Origin: Nitrosopumilaceae archaeon
GTDB taxonomy: Archaea > Thermoproteota > Nitrososphaeria > Nitrososphaerales > Nitrosopumilaceae
DNA length: 64,000 nucleotides
Assembly: GCA_965214835.1 (NCBI GenBank)
Contig: CBDCCK010000002.1
Location: 1,056,001 to 1,120,000 of the forward strand
Direction of reading: 5' to 3'
The translations under genes and the position numbers were made by a program. Every line of letters begins with the position of its first letter. Position 1 is the first letter of the stretch. Shown here in pieces: positions 53,472-63,585 of this stretch. The notes under the pieces were generated by a model, which saw nothing but the letters and a program-made list of their open reading frames with translations, ran no database searches and had not been told where the DNA came from.

Positions 53472-53636
53472 CTATCCAAAGTCTGCATCCCGCTTTTGAC
53501 TCTGACCCTCGTTTGCACGTGCTGCTGCGCGAAACTCGTCGTCGTGGTTCTGTGGGCCGTGTCCACATCTTACACATTCTATCCTGAACCCATCATCGTT
53601 TTTTTCATACGCCTCGCATCCACAAAAGCACACCAT
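53472..53636 (-). CDS. Small Cys/His protein (54 aa, not in ORF track)
   Basis: MVCFCGC...CVRCGH..H putative Zn site. Confidence 0.6.
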   Translation of the reverse strand: MVCFCGCEAYEKNDDGFRIECVRCGHGPQNHDDEFRAAARANEGQSQKRDADFG

Positions 53637-53689
53637 GATGACTCCGATGTTTTAATGTGATATAATCCATTCCGTAGCATCCAGTTTAG

Positions 53690-55265
53690 ATAATCACCCA
53701 CAGCTTGTAGGCCCTGATCCCGCCTTCGCAGCGTGGCGCGTATGGATTTCTGCATCTCGTCTACGGCCTCGTACAGCCAGTTTGCAGTTGCCTTTTTGAA
53801 CCCGCGCCACTGTTCCCCTGCTATTCAGCTGCGGCATGTACGGCGGCAGGTACTTTAGCGCCGCGCCACTGTTCCACTCTGCCATCCTTTTATTGACCAA
53901 TTCGGCCTTGTGATACGAGGCGTTGTCGACAAACAGCACCACCTTGCCGTACTTGCATCGAAACACCTTGAGAAACTTGATGAACGTGTACTTGACCTTG
54001 TCGTAAAAGCGACAGTCAAGGCAGTTTGCCGACAGGGCCACAATCGAGTAAAGCCTTCTAGTCGACAGAGAAGCGATTCTTAATTAGCAGATTTTGACCC
54101 ACTTGGGCACTAATCTATGCCTGACGGATCAAAATACCTGTAAAACCATGTACAAGTCATGTGTTTGATCGATAGACTGACAAAAAACCCACGGACGTTC
54201 CGGATGTTTGCAGGAATGACCGAGGCAGAGTTTGACCAGCTGTGTACCGAGGTGCAAAAGAAATTTCCAGATACCGAGAAGAAGAGGCTCTCAAGGCCCG
54301 ACCGTGTGCGGGATATAGGCGCAGGCAGGCCCTTTGCCCTGGATCTGAGGAACCGCGTACTGCTGGTCTTGTTCTACTACAGGACGTACGTCTCCCAGGA
54401 CGTGGCTGGCGCCATGTTCGGTATAGGACAGGCGTCGGTCTCGCGCTCCATAAGCCTGACTGAGCCCCTGCTAAAACAATGCCTGCCGATCCCCGAGAAG
54501 ATTTACAAGGACTCCAAGAGGATCTCCTCAGTCGAGGAGCTGGCCGAGATCTTCCCGGGGATGGTGTGCCTGACTGACGCCTCCGAGCAGCCCACAAACA
54601 GGCCCAAGAGAAAGGACATGGAAGAGTCGCACTATTCGGGCAAGGCAGGCACGCACACGGCCAAGGTCCAGTATACGGTCAACATACACGGTGCCATAGT
54701 GCACAAGACCCCGCACTCGCCGGGGCGCGTAAACGACGTCAAGATATACCAGATGAAGCACCCCACGTTCTGGAGCGGTGAGGAGGACGGCGAGGAGCTG
54801 CGGCACTATATGGATCGCGGATACCAGGGTGCGCAGCACATCGATGCAGGGACGAAGGTTATACTTCCAATCAAGAAGAGTCCTGGCGGCAAGCTGACCG
54901 ACGATGAAAGAGTACAACAGAACACACTCAAAGATACGGGTGTACGTGGAGAATGGCATACGCAGGGTCAAGACATTCAAGATAATGAGCTACAAGTACA
55001 GAAACAGGCTCAGAAAGTACGATCTGGCCAACAGTATCGTGTGCGGGCTGGTCAACCTGAGGATACTGGAACGGATAGCCGCTGTGGCCTGAAAAACACG
55101 GCAGAAAACAACTGCAACCTGCCACTCGTAATTTAATTACGGATTGCTTCTCAGGCTGGCGAGTGGGGACAGGCTCCCCTACAAGGGTACCAGCTGTTCT
55201 TGACGCTCCATCCCGGGATGAACGAGGCCTCGTCTTCCATCATTATCGTGCACCCCTTCGAATAG
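53690..55265 (-). mobile_element. IS630-family remnant interrupted by IS5
   Basis: FVDNASYHK and LPPYMPQLN; homology to 1750-2240 continues on both sides of 54069-55151. Confidence 0.8.
54069..55151 (+). mobile_element. IS5-family element (ISL2/IS1381-like), frameshifted near 54905
   Basis: AGAAGC...GCTTCT IRs with CAG duplicated; DASE, YSGK, DRGYQG; C-terminus (RVYVENGIRRVK) in another frame. Confidence 0.88.
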
Positions 55266-55267
55266 TA

Positions 55268-55343
55268 GACTTTGCGTAATCGACCTGAATGAGGCAAATT
55301 TGTTCGTAATAATCCCAGATCTGAACCGATTACGCATAAGGTC
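55268..55343. mobile_element. MITE family D (76 bp; ends like 42136)
   Basis: GAC(C)TTATGCGTAATCG IRs; 26 nt identical to 63237-63262. Confidence 0.8.
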
Positions 55344-55569
55344 TGTTATGGAATAAAACACAGCCGGAAGAAAAGTGTCAAGATGTGATTGTTCTCGGAT
55401 GTGTTCCACAAACTGTCGTGATTGCAGGATGTGATTATATAGTGGAAAACACAAGTTCGTAAAATCCCGGGCTTGGCTCCGAGGCACCCCATGGCGTCTT
55501 GATCTTGACGAGCTTTTGCTTCACACTGCGCGTTGATAAACCCTAAAATAATCTTTTTTTGATGATATA

Positions 55570-55785
55570 ATGATGAAGACGGCAAGTACGGAATATATTG
55601 ACAACATGCCTGCAGAGGATCGTAAAAAATATGCAGGCCATTGGATAGTGATCGTCGATGATAAGGTGGTGTGCCATGCCGAAAAACAGAGGGACACATG
55701 GGATATAATTGACAAGTATGATAATGCCGGAGACATGCCGCTGGTACAGTACGTGTATGAAGAGGATCTTCCACTTTTACTGTGA
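55570..55785 (+). CDS. DUF5678-like small protein
   Basis: KYAGHWIVIVDDKVV matches my recollection of the family signature. Confidence 0.65.
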   Translation: MMKTASTEYIDNMPAEDRKKYAGHWIVIVDDKVVCHAEKQRDTWDIIDKYDNAGDMPLVQYVYEEDLPLLL

Positions 55786-55792
55786 GTAACAC

Positions 55793-55974
55793 ATGCCTGT
55801 GTTCAAATATCTTCCACGGCAGATAGATGATGTAACATCATTTGCACCGATGTTGGATGTCGTAGTTTCCCATAGAATCCCGGTACAGACAAGGGCGTAT
55901 GTTGATTCCGGTTCCAGTACCACATACATGCCAAGAGGCACAGCTAGGCGTATCGGCGTTTTGGGTGGCATCGA
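55793..55974 (+). pseudogene. Retropepsin-like aspartyl protease, truncated by a MITE
   Basis: P..V....AYVDSGSS motif; cut at 55975. Confidence 0.65.
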
Positions 55975-56100
55975 GGTTGTCGCCTAATTCATCAAAATTC
56001 CTAAAAACCATGGGGTGTCGTCTGGATTAGGCGTGCAAAGGGAATGGAAATTCAGAAAAGTGTGCAGATTGAGTCAGGCAGGGGGAATTAGGCGACAACC
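55975..56100. mobile_element. MITE family E (126 bp)
   Basis: IR GGTTGTCGCCTAATTC / GAATTAGGCGACAACC; no TSD. Confidence 0.8.
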
Positions 56101-57975
56101 TCGGTCATACCCAACAAGGCACCTTCGCGCGGTCTCCTTCATAATCTCCTGCAGCCACGAGTAGGGAATCTTTTGCATGTAATAGGTTAGCCCCTGCCTA
56201 GAGTTAAAGTCACACCCACCGTCTTTTCAGGCATGAAAATCACAACCGCAGGCAGATTAGTGCAGGATTGCTAGGGGCAGACGACCACGTACCCGGGGTT
56301 TCTGACCAGCGCGTCCCTGATCATGTCCGTAACGTTGCACCCCCGGAGGCGCCATGTCTCGATGCACGTCAATATGTTACCGAACATCTTCTGTCCGTCT
56401 TTTGTCCGCAGTCCGAACCGTATCTTGCGCGCGATCACGCCGGGCCTCAGCGTGCGCTCTGCTAGGTTGTTGGTGGGATCCATCCCAGGACGCGTCGTAA
56501 ACGTGTAGAGAAACTCCGAGGCGTTGTCAATCTTTGTGGCACAGCTGTCACATCCTTCCTTCCTGTATGTGGCGGCAATCTCGCGTGTTTCTGCCACCCG
56601 ACTGTCGTGCTACCTGGCAGCCTCCTCCGGCGGCCCCGGCCCCTTGGCGCAATGCATCTGCCACTTGAGGCGCTCGCCTGCGGCGCGAACCTCCGGGGAG
56701 TCCGTTTTCTCGCTTTGGGCATCTGCCTCCCGGATTATGTGGGCCCAGCACCGCTGCCTGTTCCTGCCAAAGAACTTATCGTATCCGGGGTATCCGTCAG
56801 TCACCCCGACTCTGGGCACGTATGAAAAGTGCTCATCCAGTACGGATGCCCTCCTGCTGTCAGTTGCCACCATGTGCGCACCGACTGCCCTGCCGTCCTT
56901 GACTCCCACTGCCACCCACATGTAGCCGCTCTTGCCGTCGTATGGCATCCCCGTCTCGTCCATGTGGACGTGGTCGCATCCTGCAATGTCTTTTTTGATG
57001 TCCTCCACGCACGGATCAAGCTTCTTTGCAACGGCCTTGAGGCAGTTCTGTATCATCGCCTTGCTTACATCAATTTCAAAGATCTCCTTTACGATGCGCC
57101 TGATCGAGTCGACGGATGCCGGCATGGTGTACAGGGTGCCGATATAGGAGGCAATGTTGGGTCCAAACTCGGTGCCCGGAACGACCAGCCCGCCCCCGTT
57201 TGTCGTGGTGATGGCGCCGCACTTGCGGCACTTGCGGCGGGTAAAGTAGTGCTGTGTCGTGACCGGCTCTGGGATCTCTGGAATGTCAGTAGCCATCCTG
57301 GTTCCGGCGGGAACCGGATCTGTCAGGTCGCGCCCGTTGCACGCGCCGCACATGTCAGGCACGTGCGTTTTGTACCGGGTCGGTGTTCTCCTGTGTGATA
57401 TGCCCTCGTGTCCGGGCCTGCGGCCCGGCCTTGCCGGTACCCTTCCAGAGGCCCCTGCCGCGGCTGCTGCCTTTTTCTGCCTGGTCGGAATCGAGTTCTG
57501 CGAGGAGGGGCTGTGCGGGTTCTCATAGTATTTGATGCGCTGTTCAAGCTGCTTGATTCTTGCGGCATCCTCGGCATGTTGCATGGCAGATGCTGCCCTC
57601 TCTATGTCAAGCTCCCCCTGCGTCTTCTGAAGCTCCGCTTTGACGCAGGCAAGCTCCTTGGACAATGCCTTGAATTCCGAGGCTGTAGACATGTGTTTCC
57701 CGGGTAATGATAGTTTATAGATCAGGTGGTCATAAAAAATCAACTAGGCAGGGGCTATCCTGTTACTTTTGCATGAACTTGCCGATGGTGCTGTGGTCCG
57801 GCACCGGCTCGTCCCATGGCAGCTTTAGGCACTCTGCGAGGCCCTGCATGTCGCGGTACGTCAGGTTCATGTACACCATTAGGATGCACAGGCAGGCAAG
57901 CTTGCCCCTGCTGTGGATCGTGGGCCGTCCCGGTTCCGGCTTGACCGGGACAGGACACGGGTTCTCCATGATCAA
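56101..57975 (-). pseudogene. N-terminal fragment of an IS5/IS4-like transposase, split by IS66
   Basis: GRP..TYR..VPDHSTI; rejoins across the IS66 as FMQKIPYSWLQEI. Confidence 0.7.
56179..57766 (-). mobile_element. IS66-family element (tnpC only; in-frame TAG at 56610)
   Basis: IR GTAA(T/C)AGG.TAGCCCCTGCCTAG; 8-bp TSD TTTTGCAT; HMDET, QRCWAH, TNNLAER. Confidence 0.93.
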
Positions 57976-58032
57976 AGAAACTATATGGGATGGGAGAAAC
58001 CCAGATCTTGGGTGTGGGCAGCATGATACTGG

Positions 58033-58284
58033 GGTTGTCGCCTAATTCCACTTGTTTGACCCAATCTGCACGTTTTTCTGAATTTCCGCCCTTTTGCACG
58101 CCTGATCATATGGCATCTCAACGGCTTTCATGAATTCCAATGAATTATGCAACAACCCCCATGATACTACGTCCGGTACTCCTTGCGCCTCTTGTGTTTG
58201 CTCATTAGAGAGTCTGCACCCGATCCGATCAATAGGTGTGGGGATTGAGAGAATCAGGCCAAATTGTCTAATTAGGCAACAACC
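58033..58284. mobile_element. MITE/deletion derivative family E (252 bp)
   Basis: GGTTGTCGCCTAATT...AATTAGGCAACAACC. Confidence 0.75.
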
Positions 58285-58340
58285 CCCCCTGCCACGTGTA
58301 AAATAGCGAGGACAGCCTGGTGGAGGTGAGCCTTGCACGG

Positions 58341-58601
58341 TTATTTTTTGTAGGCTTGTGAGCGGTGTTTTACTTTGGCCACATGCAGAACCGATTTGTG
58401 TCCTACCATGTCAACGACCACACGATACTGGCCAATGCGGAGTTTATAAAATGGCGAGCCTCTCATTCTTTCAAGCAATCCGTAAGGGTTTGATGCAACT
58501 TCATCCATCAACAAGATCACCCTCTTTGCGATGCCTGCATCAATACGATCTAGATCCTTTTGTGCCTTGGCAGAGTAGACAACCCTCCAAATAACTGCCA
58601 A
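58341..58601 (-). CDS. RelE/ParE-family toxin
   Basis: WRVVYS..A.KDL, YKLRIGQYRVV, HRSQAY. Confidence 0.88.
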   Translation of the reverse strand: MAVIWRVVYSAKAQKDLDRIDAGIAKRVILLMDEVASNPYGLLERMRGSPFYKLRIGQYRVVVDMVGHKSVLHVAKVKHRSQAYKK

Positions 58602-58602
58602 A

Positions 58603-58863
58603 TTACAGCCCGTATTTTTCCTTCATTTGTTCTTGAGTCTTGTAGTTTCCTTGCTCAATCTCTGCAATGGATGCCTTTATTTCGGCAAGCTCCTCTTCTG
58701 TGAGTAGTTCCTCATCCTCCTCCCTGTTGAGAACAGAATTGTTTTGCTCAGTGAGCCCGTCAAGTTGAAGTTGGGGCATGAGTTTTTGACCTATTAGGAT
58801 CCCACTATGAAAAATCGAATTGGCGATTTCATAGAAGGGATCTTGGAGTACGGTGCCTGACAT
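58603..58863 (-). CDS. Putative antitoxin
   Basis: Acidic C-terminus LTEEELAEI...G.Y.T.E.MKEKYGL immediately upstream of relE. Confidence 0.7.
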   Translation of the reverse strand: MSGTVLQDPFYEIANSIFHSGILIGQKLMPQLQLDGLTEQNNSVLNREEDEELLTEEELAEIKASIAEIEQGNYKTQEQMKEKYGL

Positions 58864-58865
58864 GT

Positions 58866-59207
58866 TTAGATTCCTTCCAACATGCTATCGAATTTTTCTA
58901 TTGCAGTCTTGAGATGTTTGTTAAAGTCAGCTAATTGATCTGCGTTATAATTCATAAATTGGGACAGGCCTTCTTTCATGCTAGCAATATCTATGGCAAC
59001 ACCCATTAGTAATGCTAGTTTTTCTGGAGGCAAAGTGGCAAGTATTTTAATAGAATCTGTTTTTGATAGTTCGAAATTTTTGATTTCGTTGAGAGGCAAA
59101 CCATGTTTTTCAGTAGTAGCATTAAGATTTTCAACCAGACTAGAAAAGTCATTTAGTACGTCCCGTAGCATTTTTAATCTCGTGACAATCTGGGATTTAT
59201 CTGACAT
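58866..59207 (-). CDS. Hypothetical helical protein (AT-rich)
   Basis: 113-aa ORF 2 nt upstream of the antitoxin. Confidence 0.65.
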   Translation of the reverse strand: MSDKSQIVTRLKMLRDVLNDFSSLVENLNATTEKHGLPLNEIKNFELSKTDSIKILATLPPEKLALLMGVAIDIASMKEGLSQFMNYNADQLADFNKHLKTAIEKFDSMLEGI

Positions 59208-59251
59208 GCAACTCGTAGCATGAGCCTGCTAATATTTCTATTGTACTATGT

Positions 59252-60874
59252 GTATGAGTTTACCCCTCAGGCGACGCTGCCAGTCAGGGTCTTGACGAGC
59301 ATTTCCCTCACGCCGCACCCCCGGGCGCGCCAGTTCATCGCGCACGTCATCAATACGGTGAACATCTCCATGCCTTCCATGGTACGGAGTCCCTGGAATA
59401 CCTTGCGCGCAATTACGGACGGCCTCAGCATGCGCTCGGCCAGGTTGTTGGTGGGCTCCATGCCAGGATGCAATGTGAACGTGTACAAGTATTCCGAGGC
59501 GTTCCCAAGCTTTGTGGCAAAGCTCTCGCATCCGGCCTCCATGCCGAATGCCTCGGCCAGCCCGCGCGTTTCTGCCACCAGCATGTCGTGCCGGGCGGCG
59601 CCCTCCTCCGGCGGCCCCAGCCCCTTGGCATGGATGAACTTTTTCTTAAGGGCCACATACAGCGCGTGGGCCTGCCTAGAAGCCTTGCAGGCCTCCCTGG
59701 CCTCCCGGAGTATGTGGGCCCAGCACCACTGCCTGGTCTTGAATGCGGCGTATACGCCGTACCCGTCGACTGTGACCGGTTTGTCATAATACGGAAAGTT
59801 CATGTCAACTACGGCCCTGCCTCTACTGGGTGCGGCCAGCGTGTGGACGCCGGTTGTGGTGCCGTCCTTGTTCCTGCCTACTATTACCCATATGCGGGCC
59901 GTCCTGCCGTTGTATGGCATGGCAGTCTCGTCAATATGCAGATAATCAGAATCCTTGATGGCCTGCTTGATGCCCTCTACGCTGGGCTTTATTGCATTGG
60001 CACCGGCCCTCAGGCACTGCAGCACGCCTGCCTCTGAGACGTCCATGCCCAGGATTTCTGAGCACAGTGTGGCCGTGGCCTGTATGGAGGCAGGTGCCAC
60101 GCGTATTGCGGCCATCATCCCCGTGATGTTTGGTCCAAACTCGGTTCCCGGCACGTTCCATGACCTGTCGTCTTCGATGCACATGTTGCCGCAGTCGGCG
60201 CATTTGCGCCTGTATGCGGTGTGCTGTGTCGTGACCGGCTCGGGCCTCCTGGGGGTATCGGTCACAAGCTTGGAGAAGATCTTTTTCGGCTTCTTCATGT
60301 TGGTGCTGCCGCACTTGCCGCACTTTTTGGGGCAGTGCTTTACAAATTCGGTCGGCATTCTCTTGTGTGATATCCCCTCGTGTCCCTGCCTGCGGCCCGG
60401 CTTTGCCTTTGCAGATGCCGGTACGTTGCCTGATGCCTTTGCAGCAGCAGTCTTTTTCTGCTTGGTCGGAATCGAGTTCTGCGAGGATGGGGTGTGCGGG
60501 TTTTCGTAATATTTGATGTGCTGTCTGAGCTGCTGGTTTTCTGCTTTCAGTTCGGCAGTCTGCGCCTCAGATGCTGCTACCCCCTCTGGTCCCTTTTGCC
60601 TGTACCAGCTGATCTGTGATGCCTGCATCACGATTGTCACCGAGGACTCGGCCATCTGTTCGACAAGCATGGTTATCGTCTGATCCTTGTCTGCGATGAT
60701 CCTGTCCTTCCTGCCTAATTCGGCTATGGTGCGGGCCAACTCGTCGCGTAGTATCTTGGTCTCTGAATCAGGCAATGAATACAGGTGTGATCTGGATGCA
60801 TATGGATCCAGATGGTGATCAAAAATTGGCCTTGTGCTCAATCTAAATTATACGGATGAGGGGTAAACTCTTAC
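59252..60874 (-). mobile_element. IS66-family element, intact single ORF (59267-60841)
   Basis: IR GTA(T/A)GAGTTTACCCCTCA; direct repeat GTACTATGT on both flanks; HIDET, QWCWAH, TNNLAER. Confidence 0.93.
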
Positions 60875-60887
60875 GTACTATGTAGCC

Positions 60888-60979
60888 GTAAGAGTTTTAC
60901 CCCCTAGGCGACACTGCGGGCCGGAGCCTTCATGATCACGCCTGCCACGCCGTATCTCAGGGGAGGGGTAAACTCTTAC
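60888..60979. mobile_element. IS66-derived MITE family A (92 bp)
   Basis: GTAAGAGTTTTACCCC...GGGGTAAACTCTTAC. Confidence 0.88.
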
Positions 60980-61030
60980 GTTCCTGACCTAGAATGCGTT
61001 TTAATACCCAAACCCCGCTTTAGATACTGT

Positions 61031-61576
61031 ATGGATTTCTCAGATGAGCAGATCAAGGACATGCTGGAGCTCAAGGAAAAAACGCTGCAAAAGATTGAAA
61101 AATACCAGAAAGAAATCCATTCCCTAGAAAAGCAGCTTGTGATTCTAGACTCCATTGTCAAGCAGTCAAGCTTTACCAAGGCGTCATCGCTTCCAAAATC
61201 CGAACCCGTCCAGGCAGAGCAGCCAAAGGAGGACTTGATTCCAATCACGCGTGGGGGCCGGGGGGACGTGATTGCCAATGCCTACGTCACGCCCGAGCAG
61301 GTGTCCATCATACTAGACGAATCCCTGGATATCGACGAGAACACCCCCCCATTCAAGTCATTCTTCCTGGACAGGATAATTGGCGAGATGAAAAGAAAGG
61401 ACAGCACCGACGGTACAATTCCAAGCGATGAGGCAATTGACTTTGTTGTAAACAAGAACGGCTCGAGCATCAGGGAGATCATCGTCAGAAACTACCGCCA
61501 AAAGGAGAGGGTGAACGAGATCATCAATACTGCCGGCTGGTCTCTTAGTAGGATGCTAGAAAACACAAACAGGTGA
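61031..61576 (+). CDS. Hypothetical protein with N-terminal coiled coil
   Basis: ORF directly upstream of guaA; the ORF-track start lies inside the MITE. Confidence 0.8.
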   Translation: MDFSDEQIKDMLELKEKTLQKIEKYQKEIHSLEKQLVILDSIVKQSSFTKASSLPKSEPVQAEQPKEDLIPITRGGRGDVIANAYVTPEQVSIILDESLDIDENTPPFKSFFLDRIIGEMKRKDSTDGTIPSDEAIDFVVNKNGSSIREIIVRNYRQKERVNEIINTAGWSLSRMLENTNR

Positions 61577-61580
61577 TGCC

Positions 61581-63104
61581 ATGGACAGGATAGTCGTACT
61601 GGACTTTGGCTCGCAGTACAGCCACCTAATCTGCAGGCGGATAAGGGAGTTCTCGGTTTATGCAGAACTGGTTCCGTATGATATCTCGCATGACGAGCTA
61701 AAGGCAATGAATCCAAAGGGGGTGATTTTCTCCGGGGGCCCGTCAAGCGTTTATAGCGAGGAGGCCCCGGTTCCTGAAAGCAGGATTTTTGACATGGGCC
61801 TGCCCCTGCTCGGGATTTGCTACGGACACCAGCTCATAGTAGACAACTACGGGGGAAGGGTAAAGCGGGCAAACAGGGAGTACGGCTCATCGCTTTTGAG
61901 AGTTGATGACGACTCTGATCTTCTGAGGGGGGTGGGGGAGTCGGTCAGGGCATGGATGAGTCACGGGGATGAGGCAGAACAGATACCGCAGGGCTTTGAG
62001 GTCATAGGACACACTGAGAGTGCAAAGGCGGCAGCCATCGCAAGCCGCCCAAGGTCAGTTTTCGGCATACAGTTTCATCCCGAGGTGGTCCACACAGAGC
62101 GGGGGGGCGAGATTCTGCGAAATTTTGTCCTCAATATCTGCAAGGCAAGGCAGGACTGGACCATGGAGGCCTTTGTAGACAGTGCGGTCGAGAGGATTTC
62201 AAAGATTGAGGGAAACGTGCTGTGCGGGGTCAGCGGGGGCATTGATTCTACGGTTGCGGCGCTGATCATTCACAGGGCGGTGGGGGACAGGCTCAAGTGC
62301 GTATTCGTAGACAACGGCCTGCTACGCCTAGACGAGGAGAGAGAGGTCAAGGAGATGTTCAGGGACAACTTTAGGGTAAATTTTACGCCCATCGATGCAA
62401 GGGAGCGTTTTCTCTCAAGGCTCAAGGGAGTCACGGATCCCGAAAAGAAGAGAAGGATCGTAGGTGAGGAGTTTGTCCGGATTTTTTCAGATTTTGCAGA
62501 AAAGAACGGTCCGTTCAGATGGCTGGCACAGGGTACGCTTTACCCAGACGTAATCGAGAGCGGGGTCTCAAAGGGGCCGGCCGATGTCATAAAATCACAC
62601 CACAATGTAGGCGGACTGCCGGACTGGTTGAACCTAGAGGTGCTAGAGCCGCTAAGGGAGCTGTACAAAGACGAGGTCAGGCAGATTGCAGGAATTTTAG
62701 GGGTCCCCGACAGGCTTCTCATGAGGCATCCCTTCCCAGGTCCCGGCCTCTCAGTCAGGATAATCGGCGAGGTTACGCCGGACAAGCTGGGCATTTGTAA
62801 GGCTGCAAGCAGGATTGTCGAGGACGAGTTGGCGAAGGAAGGCGTCTATGAGAAGGTTTGGCAGGCATATGCTGCGGTGGGAGACGACAAGGCGGTGGGA
62901 GTGGTTGGGGATGAGAGGCGCCACGGCAATGTTGTCATGGTAAGAGTCGTTGACTCCGTCGATGCAATGACTGCAGACTGGACCAGGCTATCCCACGGGA
63001 CGCTAGAGAGGATCAGTAACAGGATTACAAACGAAATCGACGGGGTAACATGGGTGTCATATGTCATCTCAAGCAAGCCGCCTGCAACCATTGAACCCCA
63101 GTAG
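61581..63104 (+). CDS. guaA: GMP synthase (glutamine-hydrolysing)
   Basis: DFGSQY, GICYG, QFHPEV, SGGIDS, KPPATIE. Confidence 0.97.
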   Translation: MDRIVVLDFGSQYSHLICRRIREFSVYAELVPYDISHDELKAMNPKGVIFSGGPSSVYSEEAPVPESRIFDMGLPLLGICYGHQLIVDNYGGRVKRANREYGSSLLRVDDDSDLLRGVGESVRAWMSHGDEAEQIPQGFEVIGHTESAKAAAIASRPRSVFGIQFHPEVVHTERGGEILRNFVLNICKARQDWTMEAFVDSAVERISKIEGNVLCGVSGGIDSTVAALIIHRAVGDRLKCVFVDNGLLRLDEEREVKEMFRDNFRVNFTPIDARERFLSRLKGVTDPEKKRRIVGEEFVRIFSDFAEKNGPFRWLAQGTLYPDVIESGVSKGPADVIKSHHNVGGLPDWLNLEVLEPLRELYKDEVRQIAGILGVPDRLLMRHPFPGPGLSVRIIGEVTPDKLGICKAASRIVEDELAKEGVYEKVWQAYAAVGDDKAVGVVGDERRHGNVVMVRVVDSVDAMTADWTRLSHGTLERISNRITNEIDGVTWVSYVISSKPPATIEPQ

Positions 63105-63236
63105 AAGTTGAGTCCCAGAACGGAGATCAGGCATTGTGAGGGGTGCGGAAGCGCAGTGTCCACGGCTACTAGTTGATCACAGAAAGGGCGATTTTTTTCA
63201 ACCAGAGGATCTAAGATCTGCCAATCCTGTACAAGA

Positions 63237-63312
63237 GACCTTATGCGTAATCGGTTCAGATCAAAAAAATCAGGCAGTTTTTACATCATTTTTGGCAAAT
63301 ATGCATAAGGTC
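63237..63312. mobile_element. MITE family D (76 bp)
   Basis: GACCTTATGC...GCATAAGGTC. Confidence 0.8.
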
Positions 63313-63502
63313 TAAGGCATGTGGAGTGCAATAGTACGTGCAGTTGAAAATCGAACATTTTTTATTGAAATATGCACGAGATGTCAAAACTGTGATACTT
63401 TTTTTGGTGTGCGCACTATAGTTCAAAATGCCAATAAAATGCAAGTTATCTGTGAAGTCACTTGAAAAATTCGTACGGCTTCTGATTTCGGATCACCTCT
63501 CA

Positions 63503-63519
63503 GAGGGGCAAACTCTTAC
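63503..63519. repeat. Orphan IS66 (family A) terminal IR
   Basis: GAGGGGCAAACTCTTAC. Confidence 0.75.
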
Positions 63520-63585
63520 GTCAGGAACTGGCAAGTTATCGGGTGCTGCTTTCTAGTGGAAAGTGTCGGGTGCTTGCTGTGTAGC

